Of a stretch of 64,000 nucleotides of DNA, positions 27,800-37,580 are shown in pieces. Position 1 is the first letter of the stretch. Every line of letters starts with the position of its first letter. This DNA is from an uncultured Actinomycetes bacterium (GTDB lineage Bacteria > Actinomycetota > UBA4738 > HRBIN12). The notes beneath the pieces are model-generated. The model did not search any database and was not told the origin of the DNA. It worked only from the letters and a program-made list of their open reading frames with translations. The stretch spans positions 9,805 to 73,804 of the forward strand of contig CAZXFA010000010.1 in assembly GCA_964640085.1 (NCBI GenBank), read 5' to 3'. A program made the translations under genes and the position numbers.

Positions 27800-28876
27800 A
27801 TGCGCGCCCTGCGGAAGACCGTCGCCGGGCCGGGGGCCGAGCTCCAGGAGATCCCCGTGCCGGAGCCCGGGGAGGGCGAGGTCCTCGTCCGGGTGCACGC
27901 GGCCTCGATCTGCGGCACCGACCTCCACATCTACGAGTGGAACGAATGGGCGCAGGGACGGGTCCGTGTTCCGATGACCTTCGGCCACGAGCTGGCGGGC
28001 ACGGTGGAGGCCGTCGGCCCCGAGGTCCATCACATCCAGACCGGGGCGTTCGTGGCTGCCGAGACCCACATCGCATGCGGCCACTGCTCGCCCTGCCGGA
28101 CCGGCCGAGCGCACATCTGCAGGAACCTACGGATCCTCGGGGTAGATACCGACGGCGCGTTCGCCGAGTACGTGGTGGTGCCGGCCGACAACGCCTGGAT
28201 CGTCGGGGAGGGGATCCATCCCGACCACGCCTCGATCATGGAGCCCTTCGGCAACGCGGTTCACGCCGCGTTCGGCACGGAGGGTGGGGAGGACCTACTC
28301 ACGAACCCGGTGGCGGTGATCGGGTGCGGGCCCATCGGGCTGTTCTCGGTCGCGATCGCCCGCGCGCTCGGCGCCTGGAAGGTGTTCGCGATCGAGCCGA
28401 ACGAGGAGCGCCGGACGCTCGCCGGCAAGATGGGTGCCGACCTGCTCGTCGATCCGCTCGGCGAGGACCCCGTCGAGACCGTGCTGCGCGAGACCGAGGG
28501 CAACGGCGCCGAGGTCGTGCTCGAGATGTCGGGGAACGCGAGCGCGATCGATCAGGGGACGCGGATGCTCGCGCACGGTGGCCGGATGTCGCTCCTCGGC
28601 CTGCCCGAGGGACCCGTCACGCTCGACCTGAACGACCAGGTGATCTTCAAGGAGGCCAAGATCCTTGGGATCACCGGCCGGGAGATGTACCGGACCTGGC
28701 AGCAGACGACCACGCTCCTGTCGACCGGCCGGGTGGACGTCTCGCCGGTGATCACCCACCGGTTCCCGATGGCGCGCTTCGAGGAGGCGTTCGAGACGGT
28801 GGCCTCCGGTCGGGCCGCCAAGGTGATGGTGTTCCCCCGAGGGGATGGTGAAGGAAAAGGGCCGAGGGGAGGCTGA
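27800..28876 (+). CDS. tdh: L-threonine 3-dehydrogenase (zinc-dependent alcohol dehydrogenase family)
   Basis: MRALRKT...ASICGTDLHIYEWNEW...FGHELAGTVEAVG and GCGPIGL Rossmann motif. SD ACGGAGG. Confidence 0.85.
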   Translation: MRALRKTVAGPGAELQEIPVPEPGEGEVLVRVHAASICGTDLHIYEWNEWAQGRVRVPMTFGHELAGTVEAVGPEVHHIQTGAFVAAETHIACGHCSPCRTGRAHICRNLRILGVDTDGAFAEYVVVPADNAWIVGEGIHPDHASIMEPFGNAVHAAFGTEGGEDLLTNPVAVIGCGPIGLFSVAIARALGAWKVFAIEPNEERRTLAGKMGADLLVDPLGEDPVETVLRETEGNGAEVVLEMSGNASAIDQGTRMLAHGGRMSLLGLPEGPVTLDLNDQVIFKEAKILGITGREMYRTWQQTTTLLSTGRVDVSPVITHRFPMARFEEAFETVASGRAAKVMVFPRGDGEGKGPRGG

Positions 28877-28883
28877 GGAGACC

Positions 28884-30062
28884 GTGGGCGCGCTCGACTA
28901 CCTGAAGGAACGGCTCCACGAGCTCGACGAGCAGGGCCTGGCGATCCATCCCCGCACGCTCGAGGGACCGACCGGGGCCCGGGCACGCTTCGACGGGCAC
29001 GAGGTGATCAACCTGGCCTCGAACAACTACCTGGGGCTCGCGGACCATCCGCGGATGAACGCCGCGGCATCCCGAGCCGCGGCCGAGCTCGGCGCCGGGA
29101 CCGGAGCGGTTCGGACGATCGCCGGCACGATGTCGATGCACCGCGAGCTCGAGCGCCGGCTCGCGGACTTCAAGCGCGCCGAGGATGCCCTGATGTTCCA
29201 GTCGGGCTTCACGGCCAACGCGGGGACGGTCGCCGCGATCCTCGATCGGGAGGACGTGATCGTCAGCGACCGACTGAACCACGCGTCGATCATCGACGGC
29301 GCCCGCCTTTCGCGGGCCGAGATCAAGGTGTTCGAGCATCGCGATGCGGAGCACGCGGACGCGCTCCTCGCCGAGACCGCTCGCCCCGGGCGACGGCAGC
29401 TGCTGACCACCGACGGGGTCTTCTCGATGGACGGTGACATCGCGCCGCTGCCGGACCTGGTCGAGGTCGCCGAGAAGCACGGCGCGATCATGATGGTCGA
29501 CGACGCCCACGCGAGCGGCGTGCTGGGGAAGGGCGGAGCGGGGACCGTGGATCACTTCGACCTGCACGGGCGGGTGGACATCCAGGTTGGAACGCTGTCG
29601 AAGGCGATCGGAGTGCTCGGTGGCTTCATCGCCGGGCCGACTCACCTGATCGAGTGGCTCGTGAATCGAGGGCGACCGTTCTTGTTCTCGACCAGCGCGC
29701 CACCCGCGGTGATCGCCGCCTGCATCGAGGCGCTGGACATCATCCGCGACGAACCCGAACGCCTGGCTCGCGTGTGGGAGAACGCCCGGGCGTTCAAGGC
29801 GGGCCTGCACGACCTGGGGTTCGACACCGGGGCCAGCGAAACGCCGATCACGCCGGTGATCACGGGGGACGAGGAGCGGACCCAGGCGTTCGCCCGCCGG
29901 CTGTTCGAGGACGGCGTGTTCACGCCCGCGATCGTCTACCCGACCGTCGGGAAGGGTCGGGCCCGCGTGCGGACGATCGTGATCGCCGACCACACGCCGG
30001 AGGATCTGGGCCAGGCACTCGAGGTCTTCGGACGCATGGGGCGCGAGCTCGGCCTGATTTGA
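28884..30062 (+). CDS. kbl: 2-amino-3-ketobutyrate CoA ligase (glycine C-acetyltransferase)
   Basis: PLP-dependent AAT-I fold (FSMDGDIAPL, GTLSKA Lys site). Immediately downstream of tdh. GTG 28884 with SD GAGGAG. Confidence 0.85.
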   Translation: MGALDYLKERLHELDEQGLAIHPRTLEGPTGARARFDGHEVINLASNNYLGLADHPRMNAAASRAAAELGAGTGAVRTIAGTMSMHRELERRLADFKRAEDALMFQSGFTANAGTVAAILDREDVIVSDRLNHASIIDGARLSRAEIKVFEHRDAEHADALLAETARPGRRQLLTTDGVFSMDGDIAPLPDLVEVAEKHGAIMMVDDAHASGVLGKGGAGTVDHFDLHGRVDIQVGTLSKAIGVLGGFIAGPTHLIEWLVNRGRPFLFSTSAPPAVIAACIEALDIIRDEPERLARVWENARAFKAGLHDLGFDTGASETPITPVITGDEERTQAFARRLFEDGVFTPAIVYPTVGKGRARVRTIVIADHTPEDLGQALEVFGRMGRELGLI

Positions 30063-30067
30063 GCTCT

Positions 30068-30775
30068 TCAGTCCGTGGAGCCGGCCCGGGCGCGGAGGCC
30101 TCCGATCAGCAGGTCGAGGCCGAACTCGAACTGATCGTCGCTCGGGCAGTCGGCGAGGTAGGGCAGCGCCTCTAGGAGCCGGTGGAGCCCCGCCCCCCGG
30201 AGGACCTCGGCCATCCGCTCGTGCGCCTGATCCGTCTCCTCCCCGTGACGCTCCCCGCCCAGCAGCAGGCCCTGCTCCATCAGCACGAAGCCCATGATGT
30301 AGCTGCCGAAGGCGTTGAAGGCCTGGACAGCGTCGCGCGGCGGCAGGTCGAGGCCGCCGATCACCTCCAGCGCCGCCGCCATCGGCCGGAACGAATCCAT
30401 GCTCTCGAGCGGCTTGTGGCGCTCGGCCAGCAGGCGCATCACGTTGGGGTGCATCCGGAGCAGCCGGCGCCATTCCCTGGCCATGGCCCTCGCGTCGACG
30501 ACCCAGTCGCCGGTCGGCTCGGGGATATGGAACTTCCCCATCACCATCTCGGTGACGCCGTCGAGCAGGTCCTCCTTGTCGCGCACGTGGTTGTAGAGAG
30601 ACATCGCCTCCACGTCGAGCTCCCGCCCGATGCGGCGCATCGTGACGGCCTCCAGGCCCTCGGCGTCCATGACCCGGAGGGCGGCCTCCACCACACGCTC
30701 CCGCGTGAGCGGCTCGCGGCGGTGGGATGCGCCGGCGCGCTCGTCGGCCTCGTCGGCTGCCTGGGTCACGTTCAT
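30068..30775 (-). CDS. TetR-family transcriptional regulator
   Basis: N-terminal HTH (EAVTMRRIGRELDVEAMSLYNHVRDKEDLL) and a TetR C-terminal domain. Divergent from the MMPL gene. Confidence 0.8.
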   Translation of the reverse strand: MNVTQAADEADERAGASHRREPLTRERVVEAALRVMDAEGLEAVTMRRIGRELDVEAMSLYNHVRDKEDLLDGVTEMVMGKFHIPEPTGDWVVDARAMAREWRRLLRMHPNVMRLLAERHKPLESMDSFRPMAAALEVIGGLDLPPRDAVQAFNAFGSYIMGFVLMEQGLLLGGERHGEETDQAHERMAEVLRGAGLHRLLEALPYLADCPSDDQFEFGLDLLIGGLRARAGSTD

Positions 30776-30817
30776 CCCTCGTTCATCTCGATGGGAAGCT
30801 CTTCGGCCGGATCCCTG

Positions 30818-30859
30818 TTGACACCTTACATCGTACGCCTATACTACGTACGCCGTAAG
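30818..30859 (+). promoter_or_regulatory. sigma70-like promoter (TTGACA 30818-30823, 16-bp spacer, TATACT 30840-30845) overlapped by an imperfect palindrome CTTACATCGTACG-N9-CGTACGCCGTAAG (TetR operator candidate)
   Basis: AT-rich island in otherwise 70% GC DNA, in the divergent intergenic region between the TetR gene and the MMPL gene. The half sites are 30825-30837 and 30847-30859, and the half-site CCGTAAG recurs 7 bp later at 30866-30872. Confidence 0.5.
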
Positions 30860-30910
30860 CATATACCGTAAGTCGATCCGGCACAATGCCCGGGGAGTAG
30901 GGGAGAGCTG

Positions 30911-33535
30911 ATGCGCTTGAATCCGGAGTCCGTCGCCAGGTCCAGCAGCCGGCGCCCGTGGGTGACGATCGGTGTCTGGTTCGTGCTCATCGTGACCGGG
31001 GGCTTCGCCTCTGCTCGGTTCCTGGGCGATGCCCTGACCCAGGACATCGAGTTCACCAACCGGCCCGAGTCCGTGCACGCCCAGGAGATCCTCGACGAGG
31101 CGTTCCCCGGCTCCGACCAGGGGAACGACACCGTGTTCTTCCTCGTCGGCTCGGAACAGGTCCCGGCGAGCGATCCCTCCTTCCAGGAGCGGGTGACCGA
31201 GCTCGAGGCCGACCTCGTCGCTCTGGGGGACGAGGTGGTCGCCGGCCCTCCGACCTCCTACCTGGACGTGCAGGCGCAGGCCGAGTCCCTGTTCACCCCG
31301 GACGGGCGCGGGGCACTCCTGGCCCTGCAGATGAACGGTGACGCCGCGGCCACGCTCGCGGCCGCCGGTGAGGCCGCCGCGGCCGCCGCCCCCGAGGGCT
31401 TCTCCGCGTCGGCGCTCACGCTCCCGGAGTACGCGCAGATCGTGGGCGGCGGCTCGGGGGAGGCTCCGGCCGACCCGCCCGAGGGCTTCGTACTGGTCAG
31501 CAGCCCGAGCCTCGGCGTCACGGCCCGGTCCTTCCAGGAGGCGGTGGCCACCGTGCAGGATGCGGTCGTGCAGGCCGTGGGCCCGTCGCTGAACGGTCCG
31601 CCCGCGAGCGGCTACGACCTCCAGGGCCGGGCGAGCGGCCTCGTGTCGCAGGACGGCATGTACGCGCTGATCCCCGTCCCGCTCGCCGACAGCACCGACA
31701 CGATCGTCGAGCAGATCCGCGAGGTGGCGAACGAGCGGACGGGCGAGGGATTCACGGTGCAGGTGGCCGGGAACCCCACGCTGTTCGCCGACTTCACCAA
31801 GCTCGCGGAGGAGGACCTACGCCGCGGCGAGGGTATCGGGCTGGGGATCGCGCTGATCGTCCTGATCGTCGTCTTCGCCTCGGTGGTCGCGGCCGTCGTG
31901 CCCATCGTGCTGGCGATCTTCGCGATCGCGGTGGCGCTCGGACTCGTGACACTGATCGGTCAGCTCGTCGACTTCAACCTGTTCGTCACGAACATGGTCT
32001 CGATGATCGGGCTCGCGGTGGGGATCGACTACTCGTTGTTCATCGTGTCCCGGTACCGGGAGGAGCGGAAGAAGGGCCGGGTGAAGCTCGAGGCGATCGG
32101 TGCGGCCGGCGCCACCGCCAACCGGGCCGTCTTCTTCAGCGGGATGACAGTGGTCCTCGCCCTGCTCGGCATGTTCATCATCCCGACCACGATCTTCCGC
32201 AGCCTGGCCAGCGGCGCGATCCTGGTCACCCTCGTTTCGATCGCGGCTTCGATGACGTTGCTGCCGGCGCTGCTGAGCGTCCTCGGCGACCGCATCAACT
32301 GGCCCCGACTCTCCCGCCGGGCGCGCCTGGACAGCGGGCACGACCCGAAGGGCGGTATCTGGGACCGGCTGGCGCGCGGCGTCATGGCGCGCCCGGTCGC
32401 GTTCCTCACGGTGGGCGTGCTGGTGCTCGGCGGACTGGCCTCCTTCTACTTCCAGATGGAGCGCGGGACGTCGCAGAACGTCAGCCAGCTCCCGGACGAG
32501 TTCGAGTCCAAGGAAGCGTTCCTCACGCTCCAGCGCGAGTTCGCCGGCGGCACCTCCGACCCGGTCAAGGTCGTCGTCCAGGGCGAGGTGAACGACCCGG
32601 AGGTCCAGACGGCCGTCTCGGATCTCCAGGGCGCGATCGCCGGTTACCCCGAGTTCGCTGAGACCACCCAGGTCTCGCAGTCGATCGACGGGCAGACCCT
32701 GCTCCTCGAGGCCTACTTCCAGGGTGACCCGTCCGCCGACGCCGCGTTCCAGGCGATCCGAGACCTCCGGGCCGAGCTGGTCCCGACCGCCTTCGCCGGG
32801 ATCGGCGGAGCCGAGGTGCTGGTCGGCGGGAACACGGCGTTCTTCACCGACTTCCTGTCCGTCGCGGACCAGTACCAGTGGGTCGTGCTGGCGTTCGTGC
32901 TCGGGCTGTCCTTCATGCTGCTGACGGTGGTGTTCCGGTCGATCGTGGTGCCGATCAAGGCGATCCTCCTGAACCTGCTCTCGGTCGGCGCGGCCTACGG
33001 GGCGGTCACGCTCGTGTTCCAGCGGGGCGTGGGCATCTCGATCTTCAACGACATCCTCCAGTTCCGGTTCGAGCGGGTGGACTCGATCGAGGCCTGGCTG
33101 CCGTTGTTCCTGTTCTCGGTCCTGTTCGGGCTCTCGATGGACTACCACCTCTTCCTGCTCACGCGGATCCGCGAGGAGTACGACAAGACGGGGGACAACA
33201 CGGAGGCGGTTGCCTACGGTCTGCGGACGACGGCCGGGATCATCACCGGGGCGGCGCTGATCATGGTCGCGGTGTTCACCGCCTTCGCCTCCGGCCGGAT
33301 CGGCGCCTTCCAGCAGATGGGCTTCGGTCTGGCCGTGGCGGTGTTCATGGACGCCACCATCGTGCGTTCGATCCTGGTGCCGGCGTCGATGCGGCTGCTG
33401 GGCGACCTGAACTGGTACCTCCCGCGGTGGCTGCGGTGGCTGCCCGAGCTCAACGTCGAGGGCGCCGCGCCGGGACGCGAGCCGGCGGTGCCCGCGCCGG
33501 AGCCCGAGCCCGTCCTGGTGCGTGACGACGGCTGA
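30911..33535 (+). CDS. MMPL-family (RND superfamily) membrane transporter
   Basis: 874 aa with two 6-TM bundles and large periplasmic loops. SD GGGGAGTAGGGGAG. Confidence 0.85.
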   Translation: MRLNPESVARSSSRRPWVTIGVWFVLIVTGGFASARFLGDALTQDIEFTNRPESVHAQEILDEAFPGSDQGNDTVFFLVGSEQVPASDPSFQERVTELEADLVALGDEVVAGPPTSYLDVQAQAESLFTPDGRGALLALQMNGDAAATLAAAGEAAAAAAPEGFSASALTLPEYAQIVGGGSGEAPADPPEGFVLVSSPSLGVTARSFQEAVATVQDAVVQAVGPSLNGPPASGYDLQGRASGLVSQDGMYALIPVPLADSTDTIVEQIREVANERTGEGFTVQVAGNPTLFADFTKLAEEDLRRGEGIGLGIALIVLIVVFASVVAAVVPIVLAIFAIAVALGLVTLIGQLVDFNLFVTNMVSMIGLAVGIDYSLFIVSRYREERKKGRVKLEAIGAAGATANRAVFFSGMTVVLALLGMFIIPTTIFRSLASGAILVTLVSIAASMTLLPALLSVLGDRINWPRLSRRARLDSGHDPKGGIWDRLARGVMARPVAFLTVGVLVLGGLASFYFQMERGTSQNVSQLPDEFESKEAFLTLQREFAGGTSDPVKVVVQGEVNDPEVQTAVSDLQGAIAGYPEFAETTQVSQSIDGQTLLLEAYFQGDPSADAAFQAIRDLRAELVPTAFAGIGGAEVLVGGNTAFFTDFLSVADQYQWVVLAFVLGLSFMLLTVVFRSIVVPIKAILLNLLSVGAAYGAVTLVFQRGVGISIFNDILQFRFERVDSIEAWLPLFLFSVLFGLSMDYHLFLLTRIREEYDKTGDNTEAVAYGLRTTAGIITGAALIMVAVFTAFASGRIGAFQQMGFGLAVAVFMDATIVRSILVPASMRLLGDLNWYLPRWLRWLPELNVEGAAPGREPAVPAPEPEPVLVRDDG

Positions 33536-33562
33536 GGCGGCGATCGCCTGCGGCCCAAACAG

Positions 33563-33590
33563 AACGGGGGCTCCGTGTGGAGCCCCCGTT
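33563..33590 (+). terminator. Intrinsic terminator hairpin AACGGGGGCTCC-gtgt-GGAGCCCCCGTT followed by CGGTTCCTT
   Basis: Perfect 12-bp stem 28 bp after the MMPL stop. Confidence 0.55.
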
Positions 33591-33616
33591 CGGTTCCTTG
33601 ATAGGGTCCGACCGCG

Positions 33617-34552
33617 ATGGAGGAGGGACTCGACCTCGAGCTCCAGCAGGAGCGCGATGCCCTGCGACAGGCGCTCGGCAGGGTCGGGGTGTGGAGCTTC
33701 GCGCTGGAGTCGATGACCGCCGCCGAGGAGCGCGAGGTGGCGGCCGAGATCGAGTCGCTCGGCTACGGGGCGATCTGGTTCCCGGAAGCCGTCGAGAGCC
33801 GTGAGGTCTTCAGCCACGCGGGATGGCTCCTGTCCTCGACTGGGCGGGTGGTGATCGCGAGTGGGATCGCGAACATCTGGGCCCGCGACCCGGTCGCGAT
33901 GGCCAGCGGGTGGCGCATGCTGACCGATGCCTTCCCGCGGAGGTTCCTGCTCGGGATCGGCGTGAGCCATGCCGGCTCCGTCGCCAGGCGAGGGGGTACC
34001 TACGAGCGCCCGGTGGCCACGATGCGCGCGTACCTGGACGCCATGGACCGCGCGGCTTCCTCGGCTCCCGAGCCGGAGACCGCGCCCTGGTCGGTCCTGG
34101 CCGCGCTGGGCCCGCGGATGCTCGGGCTGGCGGCGGACCGAACGCTGGGCGCGCATCCCTACTTCGTGCCGGTGGAGCACACGGCGTTCGCGCGCAAGCG
34201 GCTGGGCCCCGGCCCGGTGCTCGCCGTGGAGCAAACCGTGGTGCTCGAGAGCGATCAGGTCCGGGCCCGGCGATCGGCCCGAGCGTTCGCGCGGGACTAC
34301 CTCGACACCCCGAACTACGCGAACAACCTCAGGCGGATGGGGTGGACCGGCCCCGACATCGCCGGCGAGGGGAGCGATGCGCTGATCGACGCCGTGGTCG
34401 CGTGGGGGGACGTAGATCGGATCGCGGTCCGCATACGGCAGCATCTCGAGGCGGGGGCCGACCACGTCTGCGTGCAGGTCGTTTCGGAGGACGAGACCGA
34501 CCCGTGCCTCGAGCAGCTCCGCGCCCTCGCGTCGGCGGTCCTGGAGCTCTAA
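33617..34552 (+). CDS. LLM-class F420-dependent oxidoreductase (luciferase-like monooxygenase family)
   Basis: 311 aa with a luciferase-like TIM barrel (RVGVWSFALESM..., LGYGAIWFPEA, ...LLGIGVSHAG). Confidence 0.7.
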   Translation: MEEGLDLELQQERDALRQALGRVGVWSFALESMTAAEEREVAAEIESLGYGAIWFPEAVESREVFSHAGWLLSSTGRVVIASGIANIWARDPVAMASGWRMLTDAFPRRFLLGIGVSHAGSVARRGGTYERPVATMRAYLDAMDRAASSAPEPETAPWSVLAALGPRMLGLAADRTLGAHPYFVPVEHTAFARKRLGPGPVLAVEQTVVLESDQVRARRSARAFARDYLDTPNYANNLRRMGWTGPDIAGEGSDALIDAVVAWGDVDRIAVRIRQHLEAGADHVCVQVVSEDETDPCLEQLRALASAVLEL

Positions 34553-35247
34553 TCCCGCGAGAGGCGCTCCACGACCCGTTGGCTCCGGAGCTCGCGCAGG
34601 ACGTCCCGCGCGACCCACCTCGCCGAGCGATCCTCGACCGCGCCGATCTGCTCGGCCGTCGCGATCGCTCGCTGATGAAGGTGTGGACCCCGCTTGCCGA
34701 TCTGGCGGAGCGCCCAGCTGGTTGCCTTCCTCACCGGGTTCCGTTCGTCGGTCGCAGCCGCGGCGATCGACGGGAGCAGGCGCTCGAACCGCTCGTCGGG
34801 TTCGTTCTTCGCGTGCACGGCAAGGCAGGCCATCAACGCCAGACCGGCCCGGCGCACGAACGGCTCCGACCGTGCGCTCCACTCGATCGCCTTGTCGAAC
34901 GCGGACGGCGTGCGGTCGAACAGGTTCGCGCAGACCTGGTCGCATAGGTCCCAGGAATCGAAGTCCGCGACCCAGGCCTCCATCTGCGCCTCCGTGACCT
35001 GCTCGGGGTCCTCGACGATGCTCGCGAGGATCCGCGCCTCGTGGATCCCGGTGACCCAGAGGCTCTCGGCGAGCCCGTGGTCGCGGCGGTACGGGCGCGC
35101 GAGCTGCCGGAGCTCGGTCACGGTGACGCCGAGGGCGTCGTCCGTCCGGATCCCGTACCGGGCCATCCCCTCCAGACGCGTCGGGTCGGCGGCGGCCCGC
35201 AGCCGTTCCAGCACCTCGCTGAGGTGCGGCTCGACGTCGCTCGCCAT
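34549..35247 (-). CDS. DNA alkylation repair protein (AlkD/AlkC-like HEAT-repeat DNA glycosylase family)
   Basis: 232 aa, helical repeats (WVTGIHEARILASIV...WDLCDQVCANLF...RKATSWALRQIGKRG). Confidence 0.7.
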   Translation of the reverse strand: MASDVEPHLSEVLERLRAAADPTRLEGMARYGIRTDDALGVTVTELRQLARPYRRDHGLAESLWVTGIHEARILASIVEDPEQVTEAQMEAWVADFDSWDLCDQVCANLFDRTPSAFDKAIEWSARSEPFVRRAGLALMACLAVHAKNEPDERFERLLPSIAAAATDERNPVRKATSWALRQIGKRGPHLHQRAIATAEQIGAVEDRSARWVARDVLRELRSQRVVERLSRD

Positions 35248-35369
35248 GCTCGCATCGTCGCACGCGTCGACGTCTGCGAATATCGCGGCGTGGTCCGCAC
35301 CGCCGGTCCGCTGCTCGTAGCCTGGTTCGCCATCGCGACCTCCATGGGTGGTGTCGCAGGCGTCGCGCG

Positions 35370-36720
35370 ATGGGCGTCCCCGAGCCCGGCAGGAGCTACT
35401 GGCTCCCGGAGGCGCTGGATCGCGAGAGAGGCGATCCCTTCCCGCCGCTCATCGGTCGATGGATCCCCGACGCGTGCATCGTGGGCGGTGGGTTCCGCCG
35501 GGCTGTGGACCGCGGTCGAGCTAACCGAACGGGAGCCGTCGCCCCGGATCGCCCTGCTCGAGGCCGATACCTGCGGCGGGGACGCGAGTGGGCGCAACGG
35601 CGGGTTCTTCTCGGCCTCGTCGTGGGACTGCCCGGGCTCTGCGGCCTGTACGGCGAGGAGGCCGGTGTGCGGTACGCGTTGGCCCTCGCCGGCGAGGTGT
35701 GGGCGGCGGGCGAGTGGTGCCGGCGACACGGGGTCGATGCCTGGTTCCACGGGGGCGGCGTCCCGGCCCTCGGCGTTCGGATGATGGCCCTGACGGCCGA
35801 TGAGGTCCGGGGGTACGCGGATCCGCCGGGGGCGATCCGCGGCGCGTTCTCCACGGACAGCGCCACGGTCCAGCCGGCCCGGCTCGCCCGTGGCCTCCGC
35901 CGCGTTGCCCTCGAGCGCGGGGTACGGATCTTCGAGGACACGAGGGTGCGTCGGGTCGAGAGCGGGCGACGACCTGTCGTCCGGACCGAGGGCGGTGCGA
36001 TTCGAGCCGAGGGCGTGGTCCTCACGCTCGGGATGGGCGAACGGTTGGCCGGGCTTCCGCCGGAGCTTCGGCACGATCGCCGACTTCATGGTGGTGACCG
36101 AGCCCATCCCCGACCGGCTCGGGGACATCGGGTGGAGGACCCACGTCGGGATCGTGGACGGGCGGAAGCTTCTCTACTACCTGCGCCGGACCGAGGACGA
36201 CCGTGTCGCCATCGGAGAGGGGACGACGGGGGTCGTCTTCGGCGCGCGGGCCTCGGGGAACGGGGCGACCCGGGATCACCGCGCGGCCGAGGTGGCCGCC
36301 TCCGGGCTGGCCTGGTCGTCCGCCCGGCTCCGGGGTGTGCGGTTCACCCCCGCCTGGGGCGGGCCGATCGACCACAACGGTGTCGTTCACGCCCTTTTCG
36401 TGGGCGCCCCGACCAGGCGTGTTCGTGGGTCTGGGTTCTCGGGCCACGGTCTCACACGGACCAAGCTGGGAGACGGATCCTCGCCTCCCTCGCGCTCGGC
36501 ACCATGGATCGGTGGAGCTCGATGCCGGCGGTTGGGCCGGAGGTGGCGAAGGGCCCGCCGGAGCCACTGCGCTGGCCGCTCGTGCGTACCGCCGTCTGGG
36601 CCCTGGAGTCGGGGGCGGGAGTCGCAGCGGCGCCGACGGGCCGTGGTGCGATCGGTGGTCGGGGGCGCGCCCATCGCCTACCGGGACCGCCTGGTGCGGA
36701 CCGGTGCGGGCGTCCGCTAG
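35370..36720 (+). pseudogene. FAD-dependent oxidoreductase (DadA/glycine-oxidase-like) disrupted by at least three frameshifts
   Basis: The GxGxxG dinucleotide motif is split (CIVGGGF then +1 shift to AGLWTAVELTEREP), so the protein continues across frames 35370, 35041 and 35800. The first shift is consistent with one extra C in TTCCGCC. The total span (about 1350 nt) matches a roughly 450-aa enzyme. Confidence 0.5.
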
Positions 36721-36998
36721 TCCGAGCCCTCCCCGAGCTCCCGACGGCCCTGGCCCTGTTCATCGGGGGCCACGTCGACGTCGTAGGCGTCGCGTCGTCG
36801 GCGTCCGGCCTCGGCCCGTCTGCGCAGGTCGCGCTGCCAGGCGTCCACGCCCGATCGGACGTACCAGACCGCTATCGCGGTCAGCACCACGACCGCGAGG
36901 ATCACGGAGAGCACCAGGACCAGGGCGACCTTCAGGACCGCGCCGAGGACCCCGAAGAGCGCCGCGAGCAGCAGCAGGATCAGGATGAACGTGCCCAC
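36717..36998 (-). CDS. hypothetical small membrane protein (93 aa, N-terminal TM helix)
   Basis: MGTFILILLLLAALFGVLGAVLKVALVLVLSVILAVVVLTAIAVWYV. GTG start with an AGGATGA SD-like sequence. It lies in the degraded region. Confidence 0.35.
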   Translation of the reverse strand: MGTFILILLLLAALFGVLGAVLKVALVLVLSVILAVVVLTAIAVWYVRSGVDAWQRDLRRRAEAGRRRRDAYDVDVAPDEQGQGRRELGEGSD

Positions 36999-37259
36999 CC
37001 GGTCATCCTACGAGCGTCCGCGCGAACCGTGCGATCCGGTTCGCGACCGCTACCGGCCGCTGGGGCGGGACGTCGTGGATCCCCTCGATGCACTCGAAGC
37101 GCACCGCCCCGCCGATCGCCCGCACGCGGGAGGCGGCGCGCTCCTTCTCTTCCCGGAACCCGGCCGAGTCGGGAACCGTGTCCCGCGAACGCGGGGCCGG
37201 CACGAGCGTCGGCACCCGACCCGCTCGAGGAGCTGGGGCGTGTCCTGCTCCCACAGGGC

Positions 37260-37520
37260 GGGCAGGATGCGAAGGTGGTTCGCGCGGGACAGGCGGGGAT
37301 CGATGGTTCCATGCCGATCCACGCGCCCCAACGAGTTGACATACTCCCACCCGTTGGCGGGTCAGTGGACTCCATCGCGCATCGCGACGTCATGCTGTTG
37401 GTACCACTGGAGCTTGGAGTTCCAGCCATTCGTCGAATACTCAACGAGCGCATGAACGTGGATCGGCGAATCTCAGCCCTCGGCTTCCTCACGCCTGCAG
37501 CGGTGCCAGCCGGCGGAGGT
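37260..37520 (+). mobile_element. remnant of an IS3-family transposase (OrfB/rve C-terminal end), frameshifted and lacking the rest of the element
   Basis: Two adjacent frames together read ...SCCWYHWSLEFQPFVEY / LGVPAIRRILNERMNVDRRISALGFLTPAAV. This resembles the IS3 OrfB C-terminus (...AWCYRRGVKLHFIRPGKP...ARRVIEEWRIDYNTHRPHSALGYLTPAEF). No intact transposase or terminal inverted repeats were identified. Confidence 0.45.
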
Positions 37521-37580
37521 CACGGCCGCGGCGCTGGGTGGGGTCCGTGCAGGCGTGACGGCTAGTATCGACCCTAAGAC

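Noticed and set aside
33823-34947. 374-aa plus-strand ORF overlapping the LLM oxidoreductase and running antisense into the AlkD gene
   Set aside because: It is out of frame with the well-supported LLM gene and has a low-complexity Arg/Gly-rich translation.
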